NCBI GenBank assembly: GCA_965208575.1 | Contig: CBDBOV010000006.1 | Span: 1,024,001 to 1,088,000, forward strand | Origin: Spirochaetia bacterium | GTDB taxonomy: Bacteria > Spirochaetota > Spirochaetia > SZUA-6 > Bin103 | Direction: 5' to 3' | Length of the DNA: 64,000 bases | In this document: piece after piece, positions 49,025 to 57,796 of the stretch | Position numbering within the stretch: the first letter of the stretch is position 1 | Layout: each line of letters starts with the position of its first letter | Program-made: the position numbers and the translations under genes | The notes under the pieces: generated by a model | Seen by the model: only the letters and a program-made list of their open reading frames with translations | What the model was told of the DNA's origin: nothing | The model's database searches: none

Positions 49025-49333
49025 ATGAGCGAACGAGCGCAAGGTCCCGAAGGGGCGGAAGCGGAACGGTCATCGGAGCAGGAGATCCATGATGTTCCGG
49101 TCCCTCGTGGTGGAGCGATCTATGATCCGAGGCCGCTGGAAGACAAGGCCCGTCGGAGAATCGCGTATCTGCTCATTGCATTGTTGGCGTTCGTCGTCAT
49201 AGCATTGCTGGCGATGGTGGTCTTCGATATCATAACGGTCGACGAAATGAAGGAGTTTGGCGTGATCCTTGGCCCACTCGTGGCGTTGGTGTCGGCGGCC
49301 ACGGGCTTCTACTACGGAACGAAGGGTAGCTGA
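49025..49333 (+). CDS. Small two-TM membrane protein of unknown function
   Basis: RRRIAYLLIALLAFVVIALLAMVV and ILGPLVALVSAATGFYYG. Confidence 0.7.
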   Translation: MSERAQGPEGAEAERSSEQEIHDVPVPRGGAIYDPRPLEDKARRRIAYLLIALLAFVVIALLAMVVFDIITVDEMKEFGVILGPLVALVSAATGFYYGTKGS

Positions 49334-49439
49334 GCGGCAGACCACACGGACATTCGTGGACGTATCATGCTTCGTAGATCCGTCGCCACGTGAGTCTAGC
49401 GGCGCAGGGCCCAGCCCGGCTGTTTAAGTCAAACGCACG

Positions 49440-50213
49440 TTGAAGGTGCATATCGATATGAGCCAAAGATTGGAATATGGCGACGAGTGTGTCGACCCAA
49501 GGGAGATCTATGACTACGTCAAGAACTCTCGTGATCCGGTTAGCGATTCTGATCTATACACGAGGTTTCGAGCCAGTTTTCGCGAAATGCTGCGGGCGCT
49601 TGGAGAGCGGAGTCGCACGAATCCCGTTTTCTATCTCCGCGACGACAATGCGCAGGATTACCTGTTTTCATCCAATCAGTTAGACGATCGCTGGAAGCTG
49701 CTTCGTCCGATGGAATACGATTACCAGTATGATGATGGCGGACGAGAGGCATCTGGGATAGCGGACGTGAATGGCGATTGCGTAGTCCGTGCGCTGGCAA
49801 TTGCCGTCCGCTGTGGCGACACTGCGGCTCTTGCGGATGGCAGCAATGACGATCCATACCGGCAGGTGTATCAGCAACTTTCAGAGATTGTTGCTGCGGA
49901 TGCGGTGCAATTGTTTCAGTACGAACTGAAGTGCTCGGAGGGCGTATCGGAGTTCATTTATGGACGATGGTTGGATGCGCGGGGTTGGCGTCGGTTGGAT
50001 CGACAATCTGTGATCGGACTCGTCGAAGGAAACCGTCGTCCGACAGTGGGGGAATTCATCAACGAAGCGAGAATCAACTGGGACGAGCCGGTGATACTGT
50101 CTACTCAGAGTGGAGGCGAGGGGCACTTGGTAACCGTGGTGGACAAAGTTATTTATGACGAGGGTGACTGTTCCCGCCACTTGGTGGAGGCGGCGTGGAC
50201 GAAGGCCACGTAA
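49440..50213 (+). CDS. Hypothetical protein with phage-type papain-like Cys-His-Asp motifs
   Basis: GDCVVRALAIA, TVGEF, GHLVTVVDKVIYD.GD; lower GC; start may be 49458. Confidence 0.65.
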   Translation: MKVHIDMSQRLEYGDECVDPREIYDYVKNSRDPVSDSDLYTRFRASFREMLRALGERSRTNPVFYLRDDNAQDYLFSSNQLDDRWKLLRPMEYDYQYDDGGREASGIADVNGDCVVRALAIAVRCGDTAALADGSNDDPYRQVYQQLSEIVAADAVQLFQYELKCSEGVSEFIYGRWLDARGWRRLDRQSVIGLVEGNRRPTVGEFINEARINWDEPVILSTQSGGEGHLVTVVDKVIYDEGDCSRHLVEAAWTKAT

Positions 50214-50233
50214 CCTGAGGTCGCTGCCGGAGG

Positions 50234-51355
50234 TTACTTGTAGGGGTCGGCGGCGTCGCGGAGGCCGTCGCCGAGGAACATGAAGGTCATTACGGTGACC
50301 ACCACGAACAGCACCGGGATCATCAGCCAGGGGCTCAGGGCGACGGTGCGGAAGTTCTGGGCGGTGGTGAGCAGCACGCCCCAGCTCACCACCGGCGGCT
50401 TGAGGCCCAGGCCGATGAAGCTGAGCGCGGTCTCGCCGAGGATCATGTTGGGTACCGCCAGCGTGAGGTGCACGATCAGGTAACTGAGGAACGACGGAAG
50501 CAGGTGGCGGCGGATCACCGCGCCGCTGGTGGCGCCGCTGACCCGTGCCGCCACCACGAAGTCGCCGCTGCGCAGCTCCAGCAGCTTGCCGCGCACCACG
50601 CGCGCCAGGCCGGTCCAGCCCAGGATCGACAGGATGATGGTGATGCCGAAGTACACCCGCAGCGCCGGCCACTTGGGCGGCAGCGCCGCGGTCAGCCCCA
50701 TCCACAGCGGCAGGGTGGGAATGCTGATCAGGAACTCGATGATGCGCTGGATCACGGTGTCCACCGCGCCGCCGACGTAGCCGGAGACACCGCCGATCAC
50801 CACGCCGAGCAGGAAGCTGATGGCGACGCCGAGCAGCCCGATCGACAGCGACACGCGGCCGGCGTACAGCACGCGCGAGAACATGTCGCGGCCGAGCTCG
50901 TCGGTGCCGAACAGGTACAGGGTGGCGGGCGGATGCACGCCGAACAGGTGCAGGTCGGTGCGGATGAAACCCAGCAACTTGTAGGGGTCGGTGCGCACGA
51001 AGAAGCGGACGCGGTGCGGGTCGCCGGTGTTCTCGGTGTAGATGCGCTGCAGCGTCTCCGGGTCGCGGGTGCGCTCAAGCGAGTACACGAACGGACCGAG
51101 CAGCCGGCCGTCGTGGAACAGGCGCACCCGCTGCGGCGGCGCAAGCAGGTAGTCGGCGTCGCGGGTGGCCTTCTCGTACGGGCTCAGGAAGCCGGCCACC
51201 GCGGTGGTGAGATACAGGAACAGCAGCACGCCGCCGCCCGCCAGGGCCATGCGGTGGCGGCGGAACTTGCGCCACATGAGCTGCCACTGCGAGGCGACGT
51301 AGTAGCGCTCCTCCGCCGCCGACTCGCGCGTTGGAGCGGCGCTGGCCTCGCTCAC
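50234..51355 (-). CDS. ABC permease (OppC-like)
   Basis: GTDELGRDMFSR, ARVVRG, GDGLRDAADP. Confidence 0.93.
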   Translation of the reverse strand: MSEASAAPTRESAAEERYYVASQWQLMWRKFRRHRMALAGGGVLLFLYLTTAVAGFLSPYEKATRDADYLLAPPQRVRLFHDGRLLGPFVYSLERTRDPETLQRIYTENTGDPHRVRFFVRTDPYKLLGFIRTDLHLFGVHPPATLYLFGTDELGRDMFSRVLYAGRVSLSIGLLGVAISFLLGVVIGGVSGYVGGAVDTVIQRIIEFLISIPTLPLWMGLTAALPPKWPALRVYFGITIILSILGWTGLARVVRGKLLELRSGDFVVAARVSGATSGAVIRRHLLPSFLSYLIVHLTLAVPNMILGETALSFIGLGLKPPVVSWGVLLTTAQNFRTVALSPWLMIPVLFVVVTVMTFMFLGDGLRDAADPYK

Positions 51356-52353
51356 GCCGCGGCCCGCTCAAAGCGGATGCGCGGGTCGACCCACACCAGC
51401 GCCAAGTCGGACAGGAAGGTGCCGAACACGGTCAGGGCGCCCAGGAACAGCACCGTGCTGCCGGCCAGAAAGGTGTCCTGGAACAGCAGCGCCTGCAGCA
51501 GCATCGGCCCGGTGGTGGGCAGGTTGAGCACGATGGCGGTGATCGCCTCGCCCGACACGATCGCCGGCAGCAGCCAGCCCACCGTGCTGATCAGCGGGTT
51601 GATCGCGATGCGCACCGGGTAGCGGAACAGCAGCCGCCGCTCGTCCACCCCCTTGGCGCGCGCGGTTATCACGTACTGCTTGCTCAGTTCATCCAGCAGC
51701 GTGCCGCGCATCACCCGGATCAGCCCGGCGGTGCCGGCGGTCCCGATCACCAGCAGCGGCACCGGCAGGTGCTTGATGGCGTCCCACAGCTTGCCCCACG
51801 ACCACGGCGCCAGCCGGTACTCGGTCGAGAACAGGCCCCCAATGGAGATGTCGAAGTAGCGGAAGCCGAGCCACATCAGCACCAGCGCCAGCGCGAAGTT
51901 GGGGGTGGCCAGGCCCATGAAGCCGACCCCGCTGAACACGTGGTCGGCCCACGAGTACTGGTGGGTGGCGGAGTAGATGCCGATCGGCACCGCGATGACG
52001 TAGGTGATCAGCAGGGTCAGGATCGAGATCAGCATGGTCAGCGGAACGCGCTCGGCGAGCAGCTCCGCGGTCGGCTTGTTGAACGCGAACGAGCGCCCGA
52101 AGTCGCCGCGCAGCACGATCTTGCCGATCCAGCCGAAATAGCGCGGCACCATCGGCTTGTCCAGCCCGTACAGCCGCTTGAGGTTGGCGACCTCCTCCTC
52201 CTCCATCTCCTCGCCGGTTTCCTGCACGATCCTCAGGATCATGGTGTCGACAAAGTCGCCCGGCGGGAGCTGGATCACCACGAATGCCACGATCGAGATC
52301 GCCCACAGCGAGACGATCATGTACAGGGTGCGGCGCAGAATGAGCTGTCCCAT
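51352..52353 (-). CDS. ABC permease (OppB-like)
   Basis: QLPPGD, YVITARAKG, DPRIRF. Confidence 0.93.
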   Translation of the reverse strand: MGQLILRRTLYMIVSLWAISIVAFVVIQLPPGDFVDTMILRIVQETGEEMEEEEVANLKRLYGLDKPMVPRYFGWIGKIVLRGDFGRSFAFNKPTAELLAERVPLTMLISILTLLITYVIAVPIGIYSATHQYSWADHVFSGVGFMGLATPNFALALVLMWLGFRYFDISIGGLFSTEYRLAPWSWGKLWDAIKHLPVPLLVIGTAGTAGLIRVMRGTLLDELSKQYVITARAKGVDERRLLFRYPVRIAINPLISTVGWLLPAIVSGEAITAIVLNLPTTGPMLLQALLFQDTFLAGSTVLFLGALTVFGTFLSDLALVWVDPRIRFERAAA

Positions 52354-52375
52354 GCGAGGCTCCCTACGGTAACAG

Positions 52376-52432
52376 AAAAAACGGCCGCCGGGCCGGGCGA
52401 CTCGTGGTGAGTCGCCCGTTCCGGGCGGCCGT
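52376..52432 (-). terminator. Hairpin plus U-tract between SBP and permease (intrinsic-terminator-like)
   Basis: - strand acggccgccc..cgggcgactc-acca-cgagtcgcccg..ggcggccgt followed by TTTTT. Confidence 0.65.
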
Positions 52433-52474
52433 CGATCATGCTCAGGGCGCGACAGCCTGCCGCGCCTGCCTTGG

Positions 52475-54523
52475 TTACTCCTGCACCAGGTAGAACTGGG
52501 AGGGGTGCTGGGGGCCGGTCCAGGAGCCGATCGACCAGTCGTGGCCGCCGCGCTCCGGGAAGTTGCGCAGCTTGTTGCTGCGCGGCATCGGCAAGGGCAC
52601 CTCGCCCACCGTCCCGATCACCCACAGGTTGTCTGCCTGCGAGGCGAGAATCTCCTTGCCCAGGCGTGTCTTTTCGTCCTGGTCGAGGGTCGCGGTCATC
52701 TGTTCCCAGCGCTCGATGTTGCGCTTGACCTCATCGGGCGGCTCGATGCCGCCCTCGCCGCCGGTCACGTACCACAGCGCCCACTGGTTGCCCCACGGGT
52801 TCTCCCATCCCTGGCGTTGCGGCAGGAAGAACAGCGGCGACGCCACGAACGCCTCCGAGCGGGCGTTGAACCCGGCCGAGCCGCCGTAGAGCTGCATCTG
52901 GTTGGTCTTGGAGCGCTCCTCGCTCTGCTGGTAGGAGAAGCTCTTCATGGTCACTTCCATGCCGATCTCCTTCCACTGCTCCACCGCCAACTCGTGAATC
53001 GGCAGCACCGCGGCGCCGGTGTCCATCACCACCGAGAAGCGGTTGCCGTCGGACAGCAGCCGCCACTCGCGGTTGCCATCCCAGGTCAGCCCCAGCTCGT
53101 CCAGGATCTGGTTGGCGCGCTCCACGTCGTGCTCGGCATACGCCTCGGCGAAACGCGGCTCGAAGTAGATCGACTCCTTGATCAGGGTGTGCTGCCGCGG
53201 CGTACCCAGCCCCTGGAACACCACCTCGTTGATCTCGTCGCGATCCAGCGCCAGTGACAGGGCGTGCGAGAAGCGGCTGTCGGCGAAGATCGGCGCCAGC
53301 ACCGGGTCGTCGACCGTGCGGTTGACCTGGAACAGGTTCGCCGAGCCCTCCAGGCTGGGCCACAGCTCGACCGTGTAGTCGCCGGACTCCTCGTTCTGCT
53401 TCATCAGCGGGTAGTCGCTCAGCGGGGCGTACCAGCCGATGGAGACGGTGAACTCGCCGGCGATGATCTTGCCGGCGAACACCTGCAGATCCTGGACCAA
53501 TTCCACGTTGATGCCGTCCATGTAGGGAAGCTGGTTGCCCTCGACGTCGATCTTCCAGTAGTAGGGGTTGCGCTCCCAGCGCGCCAGGTCGGTGCCGACC
53601 TCGGCCAGCCGGTGGTTGGTGAGCTGCGGACGGTCGGTGTTGAACTTGGGCAGCTCGCTCCAGGAGTTGTTCTTGTCGCCGAAGTGCTGCACCCAGTTCT
53701 CGAAACCCGCCTCCTTGGCCAGCGCCTCCGCCTTCTCGGCGCCCACGTAGTTGGGGTGGAACTGGCTGAAGTAGTGCTTGGCCTGCTTGATCGGCGTGAC
53801 CCCGCGGTTGGGATGGGGCAGCCATTCGACCGCCACCGGGTTGGCGATGGCGAACGAGAACTGGAAGGTGAGGTCGTCGAGGAAGTTCATCTTCATCAGC
53901 TCGCCGCCCGGCTGCAGGAACTTGGCCGGGTTCGGGGTGAGCTCCTCGTTGAGGATGATGTCCTCGTACCAGAACTTGACGTCCTCGGTGGAGAACGGTT
54001 CGCCGGTGGACCACTTGATGCCCTCGCGCAGGGTCACGGTGAGCACCTTGGCGTCGGCCGACAGCTCGTAGCTGGTGGCGACGTTGGGCGACTGCGTCGA
54101 CAGGTCTCCCGCGATGCGGTTGAGCTGCTCGATGCCGATCAGCAGGTGGGCTTCGCCCCAGTGGCCGGTGCCGTCGCGGCCCATGAAGGCGTAGCCGCCG
54201 TACTGGCCGATCTCCTGGTAGGGCACCACCACGTACGGGTCGGCCGGCAGCCGATCCTCGACCGGCGGCAACTCGCCGGCGGCCACCATCTCGGCCAGCA
54301 TCGGTGCCTCGCTGAACGAGGTAATGGTGTTGCCGGTGGCCGCGGTGTAGTCGGCGATGGTGTTGTAGAAGCGAATGTCGTCCCACTCATGGTCGAAGGT
54401 GGTGCGCTCCATGGCCATGGCCGCCTCGCCGCCGCTGTCCTCCGCCTCGCTGCCGCCAAACGCCAGCGCAGGCACCAGCAGCGCCGCAACCAGCGGCACC
54501 GCAAACAATCTGTGCAGTCTCAA
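52475..54523 (-). CDS. Family-5 ABC solute-binding protein
   Basis: Signal peptide, EAPMLA.MVAAGELPPVEDRLP, LREGIKWS, ERNPYYWK, QLPYMD; RBS AAAGGAG. Confidence 0.93.
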   Translation of the reverse strand: MRLHRLFAVPLVAALLVPALAFGGSEAEDSGGEAAMAMERTTFDHEWDDIRFYNTIADYTAATGNTITSFSEAPMLAEMVAAGELPPVEDRLPADPYVVVPYQEIGQYGGYAFMGRDGTGHWGEAHLLIGIEQLNRIAGDLSTQSPNVATSYELSADAKVLTVTLREGIKWSTGEPFSTEDVKFWYEDIILNEELTPNPAKFLQPGGELMKMNFLDDLTFQFSFAIANPVAVEWLPHPNRGVTPIKQAKHYFSQFHPNYVGAEKAEALAKEAGFENWVQHFGDKNNSWSELPKFNTDRPQLTNHRLAEVGTDLARWERNPYYWKIDVEGNQLPYMDGINVELVQDLQVFAGKIIAGEFTVSIGWYAPLSDYPLMKQNEESGDYTVELWPSLEGSANLFQVNRTVDDPVLAPIFADSRFSHALSLALDRDEINEVVFQGLGTPRQHTLIKESIYFEPRFAEAYAEHDVERANQILDELGLTWDGNREWRLLSDGNRFSVVMDTGAAVLPIHELAVEQWKEIGMEVTMKSFSYQQSEERSKTNQMQLYGGSAGFNARSEAFVASPLFFLPQRQGWENPWGNQWALWYVTGGEGGIEPPDEVKRNIERWEQMTATLDQDEKTRLGKEILASQADNLWVIGTVGEVPLPMPRSNKLRNFPERGGHDWSIGSWTGPQHPSQFYLVQE

Positions 54524-54809
54524 GTATCTGCTCCTTTGGATGTGAGGTATCGCCCGCCAATGTGTACCGCCACCGCCCCGCGGTCAAGGCACGCCGGGAC
54601 GGCTCCTTCACCGCCGGCGACGCCCTCTCCCATACGGTCCCGCATGCTTCCGGCCGCTCGAATCCTGGCGCTCGCGACTCGCGAACCCGCCGGGCAAGCG
54701 CCGCTGGCGCGGTCGCTGGGCACCTACGGCTGACAGTACCGTCGGGGTCGCCTGCCTTCCCCATCTGCATTTGGTACGCTGGCAGACCTGCTCAAAGAGT
54801 GGACCGACA

Positions 54810-54825
54810 GTACCAATTATGGTAC
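54810..54825. promoter_or_regulatory. Palindromic TA operator
   Basis: GTACCA-ATTA-TGGTAC upstream of the toxin remnant and HTH gene. Confidence 0.6.
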
Positions 54826-54835
54826 CATTCAGAAG

Positions 54836-54883
54836 TTGAAGCTCGCCGAGCGACGAGCGAAGGAGTACTACCGAAGTGTCTGA
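54836..54883 (+). pseudogene. Last ~15 codons of a deleted Gp49/RelE toxin
   Basis: LKLAERRAKEYYRSV*, with its stop overlapping the antitoxin start. Confidence 0.55.
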
Positions 54884-55163
54884 ACAGAACCCTCACCTGG
54901 GATCCACGCTCGAAAGTCTGCTGCGGAAAGACGGCACCTACGAAGATGCCAAGAACGACGCTGTCAAAGCGGTCCTCGCATACAAGCTTCAGCAAGCGAT
55001 GAAAGAACAGAACCTCTCCAAGGCGCGCATGGCCGAACGCATGGAAACCAGCCGCTCACAACTCGACCGCTTGCTGGATCCGGAGAACGAGGGGGTAACA
55101 CTGCATACTCTCAAGCGCGCCGCGGCCGCGGTGGGTATGCGCCTGGAGCTCGAACTCCGCTAG
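54876..55163 (+). CDS. HigA-like XRE antitoxin (orphan)
   Basis: NPHLGS, SKARMAERMETSRSQLDRLLDP.N..VTL.TL.RAA. Confidence 0.88.
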   Translation: MSEQNPHLGSTLESLLRKDGTYEDAKNDAVKAVLAYKLQQAMKEQNLSKARMAERMETSRSQLDRLLDPENEGVTLHTLKRAAAAVGMRLELELR

Positions 55164-55184
55164 TCCGCATCCGTCGTCTTCCTG

Positions 55185-56153
55185 TCACCGGCTGGCTGGC
55201 AGACTCGCCCGGAGGTCGGTGGAGACGGCGCAGTGGTCCGGGTGGTCATCGTGCCGCGGCCACTCGCGCGTCGATTCCGGGACCAGCAGTGCTGCGGCAG
55301 TGGGGTCGAGCACGATGTGGTCGATGAATTCCTCGAAGTCCGGGTCGCACTGAAACTCGATGTCCGCAGTGAGGAGATCGAGCGGGGACGATTTCGGCGA
55401 CAGCTCTCTCCAGGCCCAGTCGTCGCGGACGGCCAGACGGCGGTTGAAGTCTCCCAGGATGGCGAAGGCGGTCCCCGCGTCCTGCCGGCGGTGGGCCCAG
55501 GATCTGAGTTCGAGAACCTGGTCTCGCAGCGTGGCGCAGGTCTGTGCGCGGGACTCGCTCGCGTCCTGCTCGGCCGACCAGCATCCCGAATTGAGGTGCA
55601 CGGACAGCAGGCGCAGTTGGCGGTCGCCGAGGGCCACCGTGATGTCCGTACCCCAGCGATTGTGCGGGGCCGGGTCGCCGAGGGATGTCAGGTCTTCGTT
55701 GCGCTGGTAGGCGATCTCCTTGCGGATGGCGAACCCGGTCGCCAGTTGGTGGACGTACTTGCCCGGCAGTCCCCAGCACTCGCGCGGCTCGGCTGCCGGT
55801 ACCGGACGCATGGACACTTCCACGCGCCAGTGAGTTGCGGGGAACACCCGCAGCGCCGCGTCCATGTTCTCCACTTCCTGGAACGCCACCACGTCCGGCG
55901 CGATCTCCCGGACACGGTCCGCGATGGCGTCGTAGTCCGCCTGCTCCCTGGGCACGCAGCCGGCGTCGTCGGTGTCGTTCAGATGCTCCAGGTTCCAGGT
56001 GGCGATGCGCAGTTGCACCGCGGCGGGCGGGCCGGGAACCACCCCCGACCCCCGGCAGCCGGCGAGCAGCAGCGGCACGCCGACCAGGACGACCAGCGCG
56101 GTAACAATCGGCCTCCGGTACGCGCTGCGGTCCGGATGCGGGGCATCACTCAT
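55185..56153 (-). CDS. Endonuclease/exonuclease/phosphatase (EEP) family lipoprotein
   Basis: Lipobox LLAGC, IATWNLE, FQEVE, VHLNSGC, GDFNR, IDHI, DHCAV. Confidence 0.88.
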   Translation of the reverse strand: MSDAPHPDRSAYRRPIVTALVVLVGVPLLLAGCRGSGVVPGPPAAVQLRIATWNLEHLNDTDDAGCVPREQADYDAIADRVREIAPDVVAFQEVENMDAALRVFPATHWRVEVSMRPVPAAEPRECWGLPGKYVHQLATGFAIRKEIAYQRNEDLTSLGDPAPHNRWGTDITVALGDRQLRLLSVHLNSGCWSAEQDASESRAQTCATLRDQVLELRSWAHRRQDAGTAFAILGDFNRRLAVRDDWAWRELSPKSSPLDLLTADIEFQCDPDFEEFIDHIVLDPTAAALLVPESTREWPRHDDHPDHCAVSTDLRASLPASR

Positions 56154-56157
56154 GGGC

Positions 56158-56367
56158 TCACCACACCTCGCGCAGGTCGACGTCGACCGGTTCCCCGTCC
56201 GGCGTGCCGGTGCAGGCGACGGCGATGCGGTCGGCGTGTTCGCCGGCGAATGGTGCTGCGGTCACGTAGTGGTCTCCATCGATGATTTCGTGCCTGCGCC
56301 CATCCTCCGGGAACTGCAGGTAGGCTTCGTGGGTGAGCTTGGTCTTCCGGTCGACGACGACTGCCAT
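56158..56367 (-). pseudogene. Internally deleted Uma2 (DUF820) endonuclease
   Basis: N-terminus LT...Y..FPEDGRRHEIIDG.HYVT.AP joined directly to a C-terminal VDLREVW; catalytic core absent. Confidence 0.7.
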
Positions 56368-56422
56368 GGCCGCTTCCGAGCATACCACGAACGTCCGGTG
56401 GCATCCTGGTATAGTTGGCCCC

Positions 56423-57511
56423 ATGAAGATCAGCGACATCACCTGCACGCCGCTGGCCATCGGCAAGGGGCTGCTGCGGATTGCCACCGATGCCGGGGTG
56501 GAGGGCTGGGCGGAGGTCCCGGGCCGCAACAACGCGGTGTTCGCGGCGTACCTGGAGGGCGTCATCAAGCCGGCCCTGGTCGGCGAAGACCCGCGCCTGG
56601 TGGACCGCCACTGGGAGACGCTGGCGCTCGGGCGCGACGAGCAGTCGAACAAGCTGCCCGCGTCGGTGGTCGGGGTGATCGACGTGGCGCTGTGGGACCT
56701 GCTCGGCAAGGACACCGGCCTGCCGGTGCACATGCTGATGGGCGGGGCGCGCCGCACCACCATTCCGCTGTACTGGAGCACCGGCTCCGGCTGGCGCATG
56801 CAGCCGGAGGAGATGCTGGCGCTGGTGCGGGCCGGCCGCGAGCAGGGCTTCGGCGCGTTCAAGATCCGCATGGACTGGCGCGGTTGGCGCCAGGATATCG
56901 ACCCGGAAAAGGACTTCCGGATATTCAAGCTGGTGCGCGAGTTCCTGGACGGCGGCGAATACCTTGGCTTCGACGCCAACAACGGCTACTCGGTGTCGAC
57001 GGCGATCCGGCAGGGCCGCCGCTTCGAGGAGCTGGGCATCGACCACTTCGAGGAGCCGATCCCACACTACGACCTGCCGGGGCTGAAGCAGGTGGCCGAC
57101 GCCCTGGACGTGGCGGTGTCGGCGGGCGAGCAGGACGCGTTCCGCTGGTGGTTCGAGCACTTGGTGCTGCTCGGCAACCCGGACATCCTGCAGCCCGACA
57201 TCCTCAACGCCGGCGGCCCGAGCGAGGTGAAGCGCATCTACGAGATGGCCACGGTGCTGGACAAGCCGGTAATGCCGCACAGCCCGCAGGCGGGCATCAA
57301 CTCGATGGCTTCCCTGCACGTGTACGCCACCGTGCAGAACGCCACCCGCCCGCACGAGTTCTCCACCGAGTTCTCCGGCCCGCTCGACGACGTCGCCGAC
57401 CTGTACGGCACGTCCGTGCTGCCGGAGGACGGCGCCATCGAGCTCGGCAACCGGCCCGGCCTCGGCATCGAACTCAACGAGGCCGCCGTCGCCCGCCTGA
57501 CGGCGCGGTAA
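56423..57511 (+). CDS. Mandelate racemase/muconate lactonizing enzyme family protein
   Basis: DVALWDLLGK, FKIR, DANNG, FEEP, GEQ, QPD, PGLG. Confidence 0.92.
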   Translation: MKISDITCTPLAIGKGLLRIATDAGVEGWAEVPGRNNAVFAAYLEGVIKPALVGEDPRLVDRHWETLALGRDEQSNKLPASVVGVIDVALWDLLGKDTGLPVHMLMGGARRTTIPLYWSTGSGWRMQPEEMLALVRAGREQGFGAFKIRMDWRGWRQDIDPEKDFRIFKLVREFLDGGEYLGFDANNGYSVSTAIRQGRRFEELGIDHFEEPIPHYDLPGLKQVADALDVAVSAGEQDAFRWWFEHLVLLGNPDILQPDILNAGGPSEVKRIYEMATVLDKPVMPHSPQAGINSMASLHVYATVQNATRPHEFSTEFSGPLDDVADLYGTSVLPEDGAIELGNRPGLGIELNEAAVARLTAR

Positions 57512-57796
57512 CAGTGGCGATGAACCGAAGCACTCGACTCTGCGCCGGCTCCTTCGCGGGTGGGCCGGTGACCTCCGACCTGGTGAACGGCGTTGATCGC
57601 CGACAGCGCGGGGCGGTGTGCGGGACTTGGCGGCACGAGCTGGCCGGTCACGCGGTCGGCGCTGTTGCACACCAACGGCGCCCTTGCACATTTGCGTTGA
57701 CAGTGTTGGCGGGCAGGTGAACGTGCACGCACCCGACGATGTGACATGGGGAGCGAGACCGGAGACGCCTGTACTTCTTCCATCTCCGGCGGGTCG

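Noticed and set aside
47501-51307. Duplication as a diversity-generating retroelement TR/VR pair or IS ends
   Set aside because: No reverse transcriptase or transposase; the differences are not adenine-specific and span a whole permease
57685-57730. TTGACA and GTGAACGTGCAC as promoter and LacI-type operator
   Set aside because: No properly spaced -10 box; the palindrome is short and imperfect
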